The translations under genes were made by a program, and so were the position numbers. The notes beneath the pieces are model-generated. The model had not been told where the DNA came from, searched no databases, and was given only the letters and a program-made list of their open reading frames with translations. 13,683 nt of DNA from a virus. Taxonomy: Duplodnaviria > Heunggongvirae > Uroviricota > Caudoviricetes. Below, piece by piece: positions 1 through 7,300 of this stretch; position 1 is the stretch's first letter, and each line of letters opens with the position of its first letter. The stretch lies in the IMG/VR virus record IMGVR_UViG_2879742664_000002; one strand, 5' to 3'.

Positions 1-1107
1 TTAAACCCATTCCTGACCTCGAGTATCGTTATAGCGATCGGTGGTTGCCTGGACTTTATGTCCTAGTAATGTTTTTGTATCGATACCCTGTGCACGGTAC
101 AGCCGTTCTGATAGAGAGCGTTGTTCATGAAATGTTGGCGGAGTTTTTCCTGCTGGTGGAATTATCCCAGCCAGATCCCGTGCTTTGGCAAAGTAGTCGC
201 TCAGGTTGTCTTTACTCATCGGCTTCGGTTGTTTCTGGTGCCGACTATGGATTAGATATGGACTTAATATTCTGTCTCGGCACCCATCAATAACTTCTTT
301 TAACGTTATCCCAATGGCATCACAGCGTAGTGTAAGCGGTAACGCCAGACGCATTCCGGTTTTTCCCTGGGTGATATGCAAGTGTTCGTTCCACGCATCT
401 GAAAAACGCATGTGGCAAATGTCATCACGGCGCTGACCAGTAACAATCGCAAGAAGCATTGCGTTACGGATAAAGTGTTTTTCAGGCGTTGCATTGTAAA
501 TTTTTTGCCAGTCTTCCATGGTGAGCCTGGCTCTGGTTACTTTAGGGATCGGTTTACGGGTAGCCTCCGGAGGATTCCATCCAGGAGGAACTTCCCCTGC
601 ATGCTGTGCTTCTTTATAAATATCAACCCATAATCCACGATTTACTCTCGCTGTGCTGACCATGTCTTTATCCAGCCACTCATCCAGTATTAATGCAAAG
701 TCTCTTACTTCCAGTTCTTTCAATGGGTGGTTTCCCAGACGGGAAACCAGGTATGCAGCCATTCGAGTTTTTTCTTTGTGAGTTGTAGCTGCAATATCTC
801 CATTTTTCAGTCGCGTGTCCTGTATTTTCAGATATCGATCAACCCATGCCTTTAATCTGATACCCCGACGTTTTGTTGCTGACGGACTTTCATCAATTTT
901 GCGCATGAAATATTCAGCTTCTGCTGCAGCTATTCGCTGATTGGCTGTGGAAGCGATTTTTTCTGCCTTACCTTTGTCTGTTCCGAGTCCGTGAAATTTT
1001 CCAGTCACAGGATTTTTATACTGGTAGTAAACTCTGCCAGTTCTGCGATCAAACTTTTCGTAAAGACCGGCTACGTCAGTGCTGTTTTTTCGTGGCCTCG
1101 GTGACAT
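1..1107 (-). CDS. int: Phage tyrosine integrase (lambdoid Int family)
   Basis: 368-aa minus-strand ORF; stop codon is bases 1-3, ATG at 1105-1107 with AAGGAG-type RBS just upstream (plus-strand ctcctt 1118-1123). C-terminal tyrosine-recombinase signature visible in translation (TGQRRDD, HEQRSLSERLY, LLGH, terminal Y in TDRY). Confidence 0.9.
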   Translation of the reverse strand: MSPRPRKNSTDVAGLYEKFDRRTGRVYYQYKNPVTGKFHGLGTDKGKAEKIASTANQRIAAAEAEYFMRKIDESPSATKRRGIRLKAWVDRYLKIQDTRLKNGDIAATTHKEKTRMAAYLVSRLGNHPLKELEVRDFALILDEWLDKDMVSTARVNRGLWVDIYKEAQHAGEVPPGWNPPEATRKPIPKVTRARLTMEDWQKIYNATPEKHFIRNAMLLAIVTGQRRDDICHMRFSDAWNEHLHITQGKTGMRLALPLTLRCDAIGITLKEVIDGCRDRILSPYLIHSRHQKQPKPMSKDNLSDYFAKARDLAGIIPPAGKTPPTFHEQRSLSERLYRAQGIDTKTLLGHKVQATTDRYNDTRGQEWV

Positions 1108-1311
1108 GAGTTAAAATCTCCTTCAGTGCATCATCATCGCCAGTATGAATTTCCGGCGCAATTCCCGTTTCACCTGGCCCAACAAATACTGCTCGGCGAT
1201 CTATCAGCCAACGCCCACGAATTTTTTGTGGTCTTGGAACGATGTATCCTAGTTTTCCGTATTTCACCAGGGTAGTGAGACTGAACCGTTTTGGTTTCCA
1301 CTCGTCGAGCG
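1076..1311 (-). pseudogene. xis: Excisionase (Xis-like) lacking its 5' end and start codon; truncated by IS1
   Basis: Phage-derived part of ORF 1076..1486 (LDEWKPKRFSLTTLVKYGKLGYIVPRPQKIRGRWLIDRRAV...) resembles lambda Xis as recalled (N-terminal ...LTLQEW... then a basic winged-helix region). Overlaps int start by 32 bp as xis-int pairs typically do. Reading frame upstream of 1311 is IS1 sequence. Confidence 0.55.
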
Positions 1312-1366
1312 GGTAATGCTGCCAACTTACTGATTTAGTGTATGATGGTGATTTTAAGGTGCTTGC

Positions 1367-1642
1367 GTGGCTTCCATTTCCATCAGATGTCCTTCCTGCT
1401 CCGCTACTGAAGGCGTGGTGCGTAACGGCAAAAGCACTGCCGGACATCAGCGCTATCTCTGCTCTCATTGCCGTAAAACATGGCAACTACAGTTCACTTA
1501 CACCGCCTCTCAGCCCGGTACGCACCAGAAAATCATTGATATGGCCATGAATGGCGTCGGATGTCGCGCCAGTGCACGCATTATGGGCGTTGGCCTCAAC
1601 ACGGTTTTACGTCACTTAAAAAACTCAGGCCGCAGTCGGTAA
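1367..1642 (+). CDS. insA: IS1 InsA (transposition inhibitor / N-terminal part of InsAB' transposase)
   Basis: 91-aa ORF starting at GTG 1367; translation [43 protein letters not shown]... matches the IS1 InsA zinc-finger/HTH protein as recalled. Confidence 0.9.
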   Translation: MASISIRCPSCSATEGVVRNGKSTAGHQRYLCSHCRKTWQLQFTYTASQPGTHQKIIDMAMNGVGCRASARIMGVGLNTVLRHLKNSGRSR

Positions 1643-1668
1643 CCTCGCGCATATAACCGGGCAGTGAT

Positions 1669-2064
1669 GTGATTGTCTGCGCTGAAATGGACGAACAGTG
1701 GGGCTACGTCGGTGCTAAATCACGTCAGCGCTGGCTGTTTTACGCGTATGACAGGATACGGAGGACGGTTGTGGCGCACGTCTTCGGTGAACGCACTCTG
1801 GCCACACTGGAGCGTCTTCTGAGCCTGCTGTCGGCCTTTGAGGTCGTGGTATGGATGACGGATGGCTGGCCGCTGTATGAATCACGCCTGAAGGGAAAGC
1901 TGCACGTTATCAGCAAGCGTTACACTCAGCGCATTGAGCGACATAATCTGAATCTGAGACAACATCTGGCAAGGCTGGGACGGAAGTCACTGTCGTTCTC
2001 AAAATCGGTGGAGCTGCATGACAAGGTCATCGGGCATTATCTGAACATAAAACACTATCAGTAA
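1669..2064 (+). CDS. insB: IS1 InsB frame (expressed as InsAB' fusion by -1 frameshift)
   Basis: 131-aa ORF ([28 protein letters not shown]...[15 protein letters not shown]) matching IS1 InsB as recalled. Frame is open upstream of 1669 and overlaps the insA end, consistent with programmed frameshifting at the A6C motif. Confidence 0.85.
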   Translation: MIVCAEMDEQWGYVGAKSRQRWLFYAYDRIRRTVVAHVFGERTLATLERLLSLLSAFEVVVWMTDGWPLYESRLKGKLHVISKRYTQRIERHNLNLRQHLARLGRKSLSFSKSVELHDKVIGHYLNIKHYQ

Positions 2065-2079
2065 GTTGGAGTCATTACC

Positions 2080-3097
2080 CGCCGACTGCCTGGAATTTAT
2101 CTGGTCGTTACCCGAAAATTCTGTTGACCTGATAGTCACGGACCCGCCGTACTTTAAAGTGAAGCCTGAGGGCTGGGATAACCAGTGGAAGGGCGACGAT
2201 GATTACCTGAAGTGGCTGGAGCAGTGTCTGGCGCAGTTCTGGCGGGTGCTGAAACCTGCCGGAAGTCTTTACCTGTTCTGTGGTCATCGCCTGGCATCTG
2301 ATATCGAAATCATGATGCGTGAACGCTTCAGTGTGCTGAACCATATTATCTGAGCGAAGCCGTCCGGACGCTGGAACGGATGCAACAAGGAAAGCCTGCG
2401 GGCGTATTTCCCCGCCACAGAGCGCATTCTGTTCGCGGAACATTATCAGGGGCCGTACCGCCCGAAAGATGATGGCTATGAGGCGAAGGGCAGTGCACTG
2501 AAACAGCATGTGATGGCCCCGCTGATTTCTTACTTTCGTGATGCGCGAGCTGCCCTGGGGATAACGGCAAAACAGATTGCAGATGCCACAGGAAAGAAAA
2601 ACATGGTGTCGCACTGGTTCAGTGCCAGTCAGTGGCAGTTGCCGAATGAAAGCGATTATCTGAAATTACAGGCGCTGTTTGCCCGGGTGGCAGAAGAGAA
2701 GCATCGGCGTGGTGAACTGGAAAAGCTCCACCACCAGCTGGTGGATACGTATACCTCACTGAACCGGCAGTATGCGGAGCTGCTGAGTGAATATAAACAT
2801 CTGCGGCGGTATTTTGGCGTGACGGTGCAGGTGCCGTATACCGATGTGTGGACGCATAAACCGGTGCAGTTCTATCCCGGGAAACATCCGTGCGAAAAAC
2901 CGGCAGAAATGCTGCAGCAGATAATCAGCGCTAGCAGTCGTCCGGGTGACCTGATTGCAGATTTTTTCATGGGGTCGGGTTCGACAGTGAAAGCGGCACT
3001 GGCGCTCGGGCGTCGTGCAATTGGCGTTGAGCTGGAGACTGAACGTTTTGAGCAGACGGTTCGGGAAGTACAGGATTTAGTCAGCCAGAACGGATGA
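2080..3097 (+). pseudogene. Beta-class DNA methyltransferase (DPPY type, probably N6-adenine), N-terminally truncated by IS1 and interrupted by in-frame TGA at 2351-2353
   Basis: A single frame carries motif IV (LIVTDPPY), an HPCEKP motif, and motif I (DFFMGSGST) near the C-terminus, with stop at 3095-3097. The only interruption is TGA 2351-2353 in the sequence NHII*AKPSGRWNG. No native start codon downstream of the IS1 end; first in-frame start (TTG 2066) lies inside IS1. Confidence 0.7.
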
Positions 3098-3137
3098 TAT
3101 TGAAGAATTAATTACGCGTCGTTATTATGCGGCTCCC

Positions 3138-3213
3138 GGCCCTTTAGCTCAGTGGTGAGAGCGAGCGACTCATAATCGCCAGGTCGCTGGTTCAAATCCA
3201 GCAAGGGCCACCA
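3138..3213 (+). tRNA. ileZ: tRNA with CAT anticodon, ileX/ileY-like (tRNA-Ile2, lysidine-type; tRNAscan would call it Met)
   Basis: Hand-folded cloverleaf: acceptor ggccctt/aagggcc, D arm gctc-agtggtga-gagc, anticodon stem agcga/tcgcc with loop ctCATaa, T arm gctgg-ttcaaat-ccagc, discriminator A, encoded CCA. Gene symbol follows the prophage tRNA trio of Stx phages as recalled. Confidence 0.85.
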
Positions 3214-3220
3214 TCACATA

Positions 3221-3297
3221 CCGCCATTAGCTCATCAGGAAAGAGCGCCAGCCTTCGAAGCTGGCTGCGCGGGGTTCAAGTCCCCGATGGCGGTCCA
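3221..3297 (+). tRNA. argN: tRNA-Arg, anticodon read as TCG
   Basis: Hand-folded cloverleaf: acceptor ccgccat/atggcgg, D arm gctc-atcaggaaa-gagc, anticodon stem ccagc/gctgg with loop ctTCGaa, T arm cgggg-ttcaagt-ccccg, encoded CCA. Anticodon and symbol assignment are from manual folding and memory, not a tRNA-finder run. Confidence 0.75.
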
Positions 3298-3310
3298 TTA
3301 TCTGCATCAT

Positions 3311-3387
3311 GCGTTGTTAGCTCAGCCGGACAGAGCAATTGCCTTCTAAGCAATCGGTCACTGGTTCGAATCCAGTACAACGCGCCA
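3311..3387 (+). tRNA. argO: tRNA-Arg, anticodon TCT (reads AGA)
   Basis: Hand-folded cloverleaf: acceptor gcgttgt/acaacgc, D arm gctc-agccggaca-gagc, anticodon stem attgc/gcaat with loop ctTCTaa, T arm actgg-ttcgaat-ccagt, discriminator G, encoded CCA. Confidence 0.8.
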
Positions 3388-3401
3388 CACTTATTTTCCC
3401 T

Positions 3402-3427
3402 GGCTCGCTTTTGCGGGCTTTTTTTTT
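3402..3427 (+). terminator. Rho-independent terminator after the tRNA cluster
   Basis: Stem gctcgc (3403-3408) / gcgggc (3413-3418) with one G-U pair, tttt loop, followed by a run of 9 T (3419-3427). Confidence 0.55.
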
Positions 3428-3623
3428 AAATGTCTCACAATTCAGACGGTTGACTGTTGTCTGGTTTGCGGGGAGTTTGTTAAAAGAAACTGGCATGGTG
3501 AATCCCCCTGTGCGGAGGGGCAATCAGCGAGTAGGTATATGGGATAATCGCGGATTCAGGTGCTGGTACTGAATTCACCGGGAGGCACCCGGCACCATGC
3601 AATGGCACATAGCGCCACTCTCC

Positions 3624-3650
3624 AGCCCCTCTCCGGAGGGGCTTTCTTGT
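3624..3650 (+). terminator. GC-rich hairpin with T-rich tail (candidate plus-strand terminator)
   Basis: 8-bp stem agcccctc (3624-3631) / gaggggct (3636-3643), loop tccg, then ttcttgt. Confidence 0.4.
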
Positions 3651-3653
3651 GGG

Positions 3654-3683
3654 CAAAAAAAGCCCGCGCTGGGAGACGCGGGC
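3654..3683 (-). terminator. Candidate minus-strand rho-independent terminator
   Basis: Stem gcccgcg (3662-3668) / cgcgggc (3677-3683) with 8-nt loop, preceded on the plus strand by an A7 run, i.e. hairpin followed by T7 when read on the minus strand. Confidence 0.4.
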
Positions 3684-3876
3684 GGCAAGGAATAAACAAT
3701 AAAACGTGAAGTAATATTTCAGCTGGCGAATAATACCCCATAGTAGTCACTCTGCGCAACTGCGCGGTCTTTTTCGAATTGCGGGCTGTCGTCTCTCTTC
3801 TGCCATTGTCCTGTAACTTCCGGACTTCAGCCCGCTCCTCATTTTACTCACAATATTATCCCGGCCGGGAGGATTC

Positions 3877-4956
3877 ATGGCTTTTAAACACTATGATGTT
3901 GTCAGGGCGGCGTCGCCGTCAGATCTTGCGGAAAAGCTGACACATAAACTGAAAGAGGGCTGGCAGCCGTTTGGTAGTCCGGTGGCCATAACCCCTTATA
4001 CTCTGATGCAGGCGATTGCAGCAGAAGGTGCAGTAATCAGCGCCACCAGCGACCCGGAGTATTACTTTGTTGTGGTTCTGGCAGGGCAGTCAAACGGCAT
4101 GTCGTATGGTGAAGGCCTTCCGCTGCCGGGGACATATGACCGTCCGGACCCGCGTATTAAGCAACTGGCGCGTCGCAGTACGGTGACACCGGGCGGTGCA
4201 GCATGCAAATATAACGACATCATTCTGGCGGACCATTGTCTGCATGATGTGCAGGACATGAGCCGTCTTAACCATCCGAAAGCGGACCTGTCAAAGGGGC
4301 AGTACGGAACCGTGGGGCAGGGGCTGCATATCGCCAAAAAACTGCTGCCGTTTATACCGGCGAATGCGGGCATTCTGCTGGTTCCGTGCTGTCGTGGTGG
4401 TTCAGCGTTCACCACCGGAGCTGATGGCACATACAGTGACGCGAGTGGTGCCTCGGAGAATTCAACCCGCTGGGGTGTGGACAAGCCGCTGTATAAGGAC
4501 CTTATCGGTCGAACAAAAGCGGCACTGGAGAAGAACCCGAAAAATGTGCTGTTTGCCGTGGTGTGGATGCAGGGGGAATTTGATTTTGGCGGTACGCCGG
4601 CAAATCATGCCGCACAGTTTGGTGCGCTGGTTGATAAATTCCGTGCAGACCTGGCGGATATGGCAGGCCAGTGCGTCGGTGGCTCTGCTGGCGGTGTTCC
4701 CTGGATATGCGGGGACACGACGTATTTCTGGAAGCAGAAGAACGAATCCACGTACCAGACGGTGTACGGCAGCTATAAAAATAAAACGGAAAAGAATATC
4801 CATTTCGTACCGTTCATGACCGATGAGAACGGGGTGAATGTGCCGACGAACAAACCGGAAGAAGACCCGGACATTCGGGGTATCGGTTATTACGGTTCGA
4901 AATGGCGTGACAGCTCAGCCACCTGGACGTCACAGGACAGGGCGAGCCATTTCTAG
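3877..4956 (+). CDS. Prophage NanS-p-like sialate O-acetylesterase (N-terminal DUF1737-like region plus SGNH/SASA esterase domain), probably C-terminally truncated
   Basis: ATG 3877 with GGGAGGA RBS (3866-3872). Translation begins MAFKHYDVVRAASPSDLAEKL... and contains the esterase motif VVVLAGQSNGMSYGEG. ORF ends at TAG 4954-4956, exactly where IS66-like sequence begins; relatives are recalled as roughly 600 aa or more. Confidence 0.7.
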   Translation: MAFKHYDVVRAASPSDLAEKLTHKLKEGWQPFGSPVAITPYTLMQAIAAEGAVISATSDPEYYFVVVLAGQSNGMSYGEGLPLPGTYDRPDPRIKQLARRSTVTPGGAACKYNDIILADHCLHDVQDMSRLNHPKADLSKGQYGTVGQGLHIAKKLLPFIPANAGILLVPCCRGGSAFTTGADGTYSDASGASENSTRWGVDKPLYKDLIGRTKAALEKNPKNVLFAVVWMQGEFDFGGTPANHAAQFGALVDKFRADLADMAGQCVGGSAGGVPWICGDTTYFWKQKNESTYQTVYGSYKNKTEKNIHFVPFMTDENGVNVPTNKPEEDPDIRGIGYYGSKWRDSSATWTSQDRASHF

Positions 4957-5291
4957 ACTGGCCCCCTGAATCTCCAGACAACCAGTATCACTTAAATAAG
5001 TGATAGTCTTAATACTAGTTTTTAGACTAGTCATTGGAGTACAGATGATTGATGTCTTAGGGCCGGAGAAACGCAGACGGCGTACCACACAGGAAAAGAT
5101 CGCAATTGTTCAGCAGAGCTTTGAACCGGGGATGACGGTCTCCCTCGTTGCCCGGCAACATGGTGTAGCAGCCAGCCAGTTATTTCTCTGGCGTAAGCAA
5201 TACCAGGAAGGAAGTCTTACTGCTGTGGCCGCCGGAGAACAGGTTGTTCCTGCCTCTGAACTTGCTGCCGCCATGAAGCAGATTAAAGAAC
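4957..5291 (+). mobile_element. IS66-family left-end fragment (leader plus 5' part of orf1), cut by IS629
   Basis: Contains an orf1 (HTH_Tnp_1-type, ISEc8-like as recalled) preceded by an 88-bp leader with palindromes. Right boundary is the IS629 left terminus at 5292. Left boundary is approximate; no GTAAGCG-type terminus seen at this end. Confidence 0.5.
5045..5291 (+). pseudogene. IS66-family orf1/TnpA (helix-turn-helix accessory protein), 3'-truncated by IS629
   Basis: ATG 5045 with GGAG RBS. Translation [58 protein letters not shown]...MKQIKEL runs into the IS629 terminus after about 82 codons; the tail NRPGNPGD of the ORF is IS629-encoded. Confidence 0.6.
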
Positions 5292-5345
5292 TGAACCGCC
5301 CCGGGAATCCTGGAGACTAAACTCCCTGAGAAAGAGGTAAACAGG

Positions 5346-5672
5346 ATGACTAAAAATACTCGTTTTTCCCCCGAAGTCCGTCAGAGGGCGATTCGTATGG
5401 TTCTGGAAAGTCAGGGCGAATATGACTCACAGTGGGCGGCAATTTGTTCCATTGCCCCAAAGATTGGCTGTATACCGGAGACTCTGCGTGTCTGGGTACG
5501 CCAGCATGAGCGGGATACCGGAGGCGGTGATGGCGGGCTCACCACCGCTGAACGTCAGCGTCTGAAAGAGCTGGAACGTGAAAATCGTGAACTGCGCCGC
5601 AGTAACGATATCCTTCGCCAGGCTTCCGCTTATTTTGCGAAGGCGGAGTTCGACCGCCTCTGGAAAAAGTGA
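5346..5672 (+). CDS. IS629 OrfA (HTH DNA-binding part of the transposase)
   Basis: 108-aa [45 protein letters not shown]... with leucine-zipper-like C-terminus, typical IS3-family OrfA. Confidence 0.9.
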   Translation: MTKNTRFSPEVRQRAIRMVLESQGEYDSQWAAICSIAPKIGCIPETLRVWVRQHERDTGGGDGGLTTAERQRLKELERENRELRRSNDILRQASAYFAKAEFDRLWKK

Positions 5673-6559
5673 TGCCACTGCTGGATAAGCTGCGTAAGCT
5701 GTACGGGGTCGGACCGGTATGCAGTGAACTACATATTGCCCCGTCAACGTATTACCACTGTCAGCAACAGCGACATCATCCTGATAAACGCAGTGCCCGT
5801 GCGCAGCGCGATGACTGGCTGAAGAAAGAGATACTGCGCGTATACGATGGGAATCATCAGGTATACGGTGTGCGTAAAGTCTGGCGTCAGTTGTTACGGG
5901 AAGGTATCAGAGTGGCCAGATGCACTGTGGCACGTCTCATGGCGGTTATGGGACTTGCCGGTGTTCTCCGGGGTAAAAAGGTCCGTACGACCATCAGCCG
6001 GAAAGCCGTTGCCGCAGGCGACCGCGTAAACCGTCAGTTCGTGGCAGAACGACCTGACCAGCTGTGGGTGGCTGATTTTACTTACGTCAGCACATGGCAG
6101 GGCTTCGTCTATGTGGCGTTCATTATTGATGTGTTTGCCGGATACATCGTGGGGTGGCGGGTCTCATCGTCCATGGAAACGACATTCGTGCTGGATGCTC
6201 TGGAGCAGGCGTTATGGGCCCGTCGACCGTCCGGCACGGTCCATCACAGTGATAAAGGTTCTCAGTATGTATCGCTGGCCTACACACAGCGGCTTAAGGA
6301 AGCCGGATTACTGGCATCAACAGGAAGTACAGGCGACTCGTATGACAACGCGATGGCGGAGAGCATCAATGGTCTTTACAAAGCGGAGGTAATACACCGT
6401 AAGAGCTGGAAAAACCGTGCAGAAGTGGAACTGGCCACACTCACGTGGGTGGACTGGTATAATAATCGACGATTGCTGGAAAGGCTGGGCCACATCCCTC
6501 CGGCAGAAGCAGAAAAAGCTTATTATGCTTCCATCGGAAACGATGATCTGGCAGCCTGA
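5669..6559 (+). CDS. IS629 OrfB (DDE catalytic domain; expressed as OrfAB by -1 frameshift)
   Basis: 296-aa ORF overlapping the orfA end in the -1 frame; DDE-type integrase-fold hallmarks ([24 protein letters not shown]). Confidence 0.9.
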   Translation: MMPLLDKLRKLYGVGPVCSELHIAPSTYYHCQQQRHHPDKRSARAQRDDWLKKEILRVYDGNHQVYGVRKVWRQLLREGIRVARCTVARLMAVMGLAGVLRGKKVRTTISRKAVAAGDRVNRQFVAERPDQLWVADFTYVSTWQGFVYVAFIIDVFAGYIVGWRVSSSMETTFVLDALEQALWARRPSGTVHHSDKGSQYVSLAYTQRLKEAGLLASTGSTGDSYDNAMAESINGLYKAEVIHRKSWKNRAEVELATLTWVDWYNNRRLLERLGHIPPAEAEKAYYASIGNDDLAA

Positions 6560-6602
6560 GTTCACAGATAAAACACTCTCCAGGAAACCCGGGGCGGTTC
6601 AG

Positions 6603-6953
6603 GGTGAGGGTGGTGAAGGCCATCTGAGTTCTTTCTTTGTCCAGACAGATAAAGCCAGTATTAATGTTGCATACCATCATACAGTTAATCAACAAAAAGA
6701 ACTTGGCACGTTTGGCGCATTCGACCATGACTGGCATACGCTTGCATTTAAATTTAAGGGCAGTAACAGCATTAATGTTACTCCGGTGCTTGATGGTGTG
6801 GATGGACAGGCGTTTGACCTGGTGAAATGGGCCAATACTGCTAATGGACTCAACAGGTTTGTCATTACGGATATTACAGGTAGTGCAGAAACCTACCCTG
6901 TACTTATTGATACGGTGGAAGTTAAAGCAAACAAAGCTGGAGCAGCCGCATAA
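6603..6953 (+). pseudogene. Start-less C-terminal ORF fragment (116 codons) resuming at the IS629 right end; possibly the displaced 3' part of the nanS-p-like gene
   Basis: Reading frame is open from the first base after IS629 to TAA 6951-6953 (GEGGEGHLSSFFVQTDKASINVAYHH...VEVKANKAGAAA); no start codon outside the IS. Assignment to nanS-p is inference only. Confidence 0.4.
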
Positions 6954-6958
6954 TTGCT

Positions 6959-6995
6959 AAAAAAAGCCGCCAGCGGCAGGAATGGAAGCTGGCGG
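6959..6995 (-). terminator. Hairpin with flanking A/T run (minus-strand-oriented intrinsic terminator or bidirectional stop)
   Basis: 8-bp stem ccgccagc (6967-6974) / gctggcgg (6988-6995), 13-nt loop, A7 run at 6959-6965 on the plus strand (T7 after the hairpin on the minus strand). Confidence 0.35.
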
Positions 6996-7092
6996 AGGTA
7001 ATCCCAATGGAGAATGTAAAGAAAAGATGCTTTCGTACATTGGTTTTTTAAATGAAAACAATTCTCATTGTCAACCATAACGGTAAGAAATT

Positions 7093-7275
7093 ATGACATT
7101 TATTCATCAGGTGATGCTGTACTTCTGTACGGCGGTCTGTGTGCTGTATCTTCTTTCGGGTGGGTACAGGGCTGTGCGCGATTTCTGGTGCAGGCAGATT
7201 GATAAAAGGGCCGCTGAGAAAATCAGCGCCAGTCAGTCAGCCGGAAGCAAACCCGAAGAACCCGTTACTCCTTAA
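7093..7275 (+). CDS. Hypothetical small protein with hydrophobic N-terminus (60 aa)
   Basis: ATG 7093, weak RBS; translation MTFIHQVMLYFCTAVCVLYLLSGG... then a charged tail. Competes with an overlapping alternative frame (7139..7546); weakly supported. Confidence 0.3.
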   Translation: MTFIHQVMLYFCTAVCVLYLLSGGYRAVRDFWCRQIDKRAAEKISASQSAGSKPEEPVTP

Positions 7276-7300
7276 CAACCCCTTTCAGCGAGAAAATCCC

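Larger units (their letters stand above)
1312..2079 (+). mobile_element. IS1 insertion sequence (768 bp, complete, variant copy)
   Basis: Ends match IS1 termini as recalled (left GGTAATGCTGCCAACTTACTGAT, right ATCAGTAAGTTGGAGTCATTACC, imperfect inverted repeats). Contains insA and insB with an A6C slippery site (ttaaaaaac ~1617-1625). Length is exactly 768 bp. Flanking 9-mers cgtcgagcg and cgccgactg are not identical. Confidence 0.9.
5292..6601 (+). mobile_element. IS629 (IS3 family), complete 1310-bp copy
   Basis: Termini TGAACCGCCCCGGGAATCCTGGAGA ... TCTCCAGGAAACCCGGGGCGGTTCA (imperfect ~25-bp inverted repeats, TG...CA ends). Overlapping orfA/orfB with a slippery region (tggaaaaagtga) at the orfA end. 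Flanking triplets aac and ggg differ, so no target duplication. Confidence 0.9.

Noticed and set aside
2108-2614. 168-aa minus-strand ORF spanning the methylase internal stop region
   Set aside because: Antisense to a frame carrying clear methyltransferase motifs; composition (Arg/His/Cys-rich, no motifs) looks like a shadow ORF of a GC-rich coding region.
3317-3759. Short ORFs overlapping the tRNA genes and the downstream spacer (3317-3523 minus, 3339-3572 plus, 3556-3759 minus)
   Set aside because: They overlap well-folded tRNA genes and terminator hairpins, and have no RBS or protein-like composition.
3388-3876. Searched for stx toxin genes or a Q antiterminator downstream of the tRNA trio
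   Set aside because: No ORF of appropriate size or A/B-subunit character exists in the 490-bp spacer; only hairpins. Reported as absence.
4062-4819. Three overlapping ORFs (4062-4484 minus, 4364-4819 plus, 4462-4803 minus) inside the esterase gene
   Set aside because: All lie within or opposite the esterase frame, which has strong domain evidence; their translations are low-complexity and Arg/Cys-rich, typical of out-of-frame readings.
5427-5747. 106-aa minus-strand ORF inside IS629 (also in copy 2 at 12551-12871)
   Set aside because: Antisense shadow of the IS629 orfA/orfB region; it differs between copies by the same SNP as orfA, consistent with a passenger frame.
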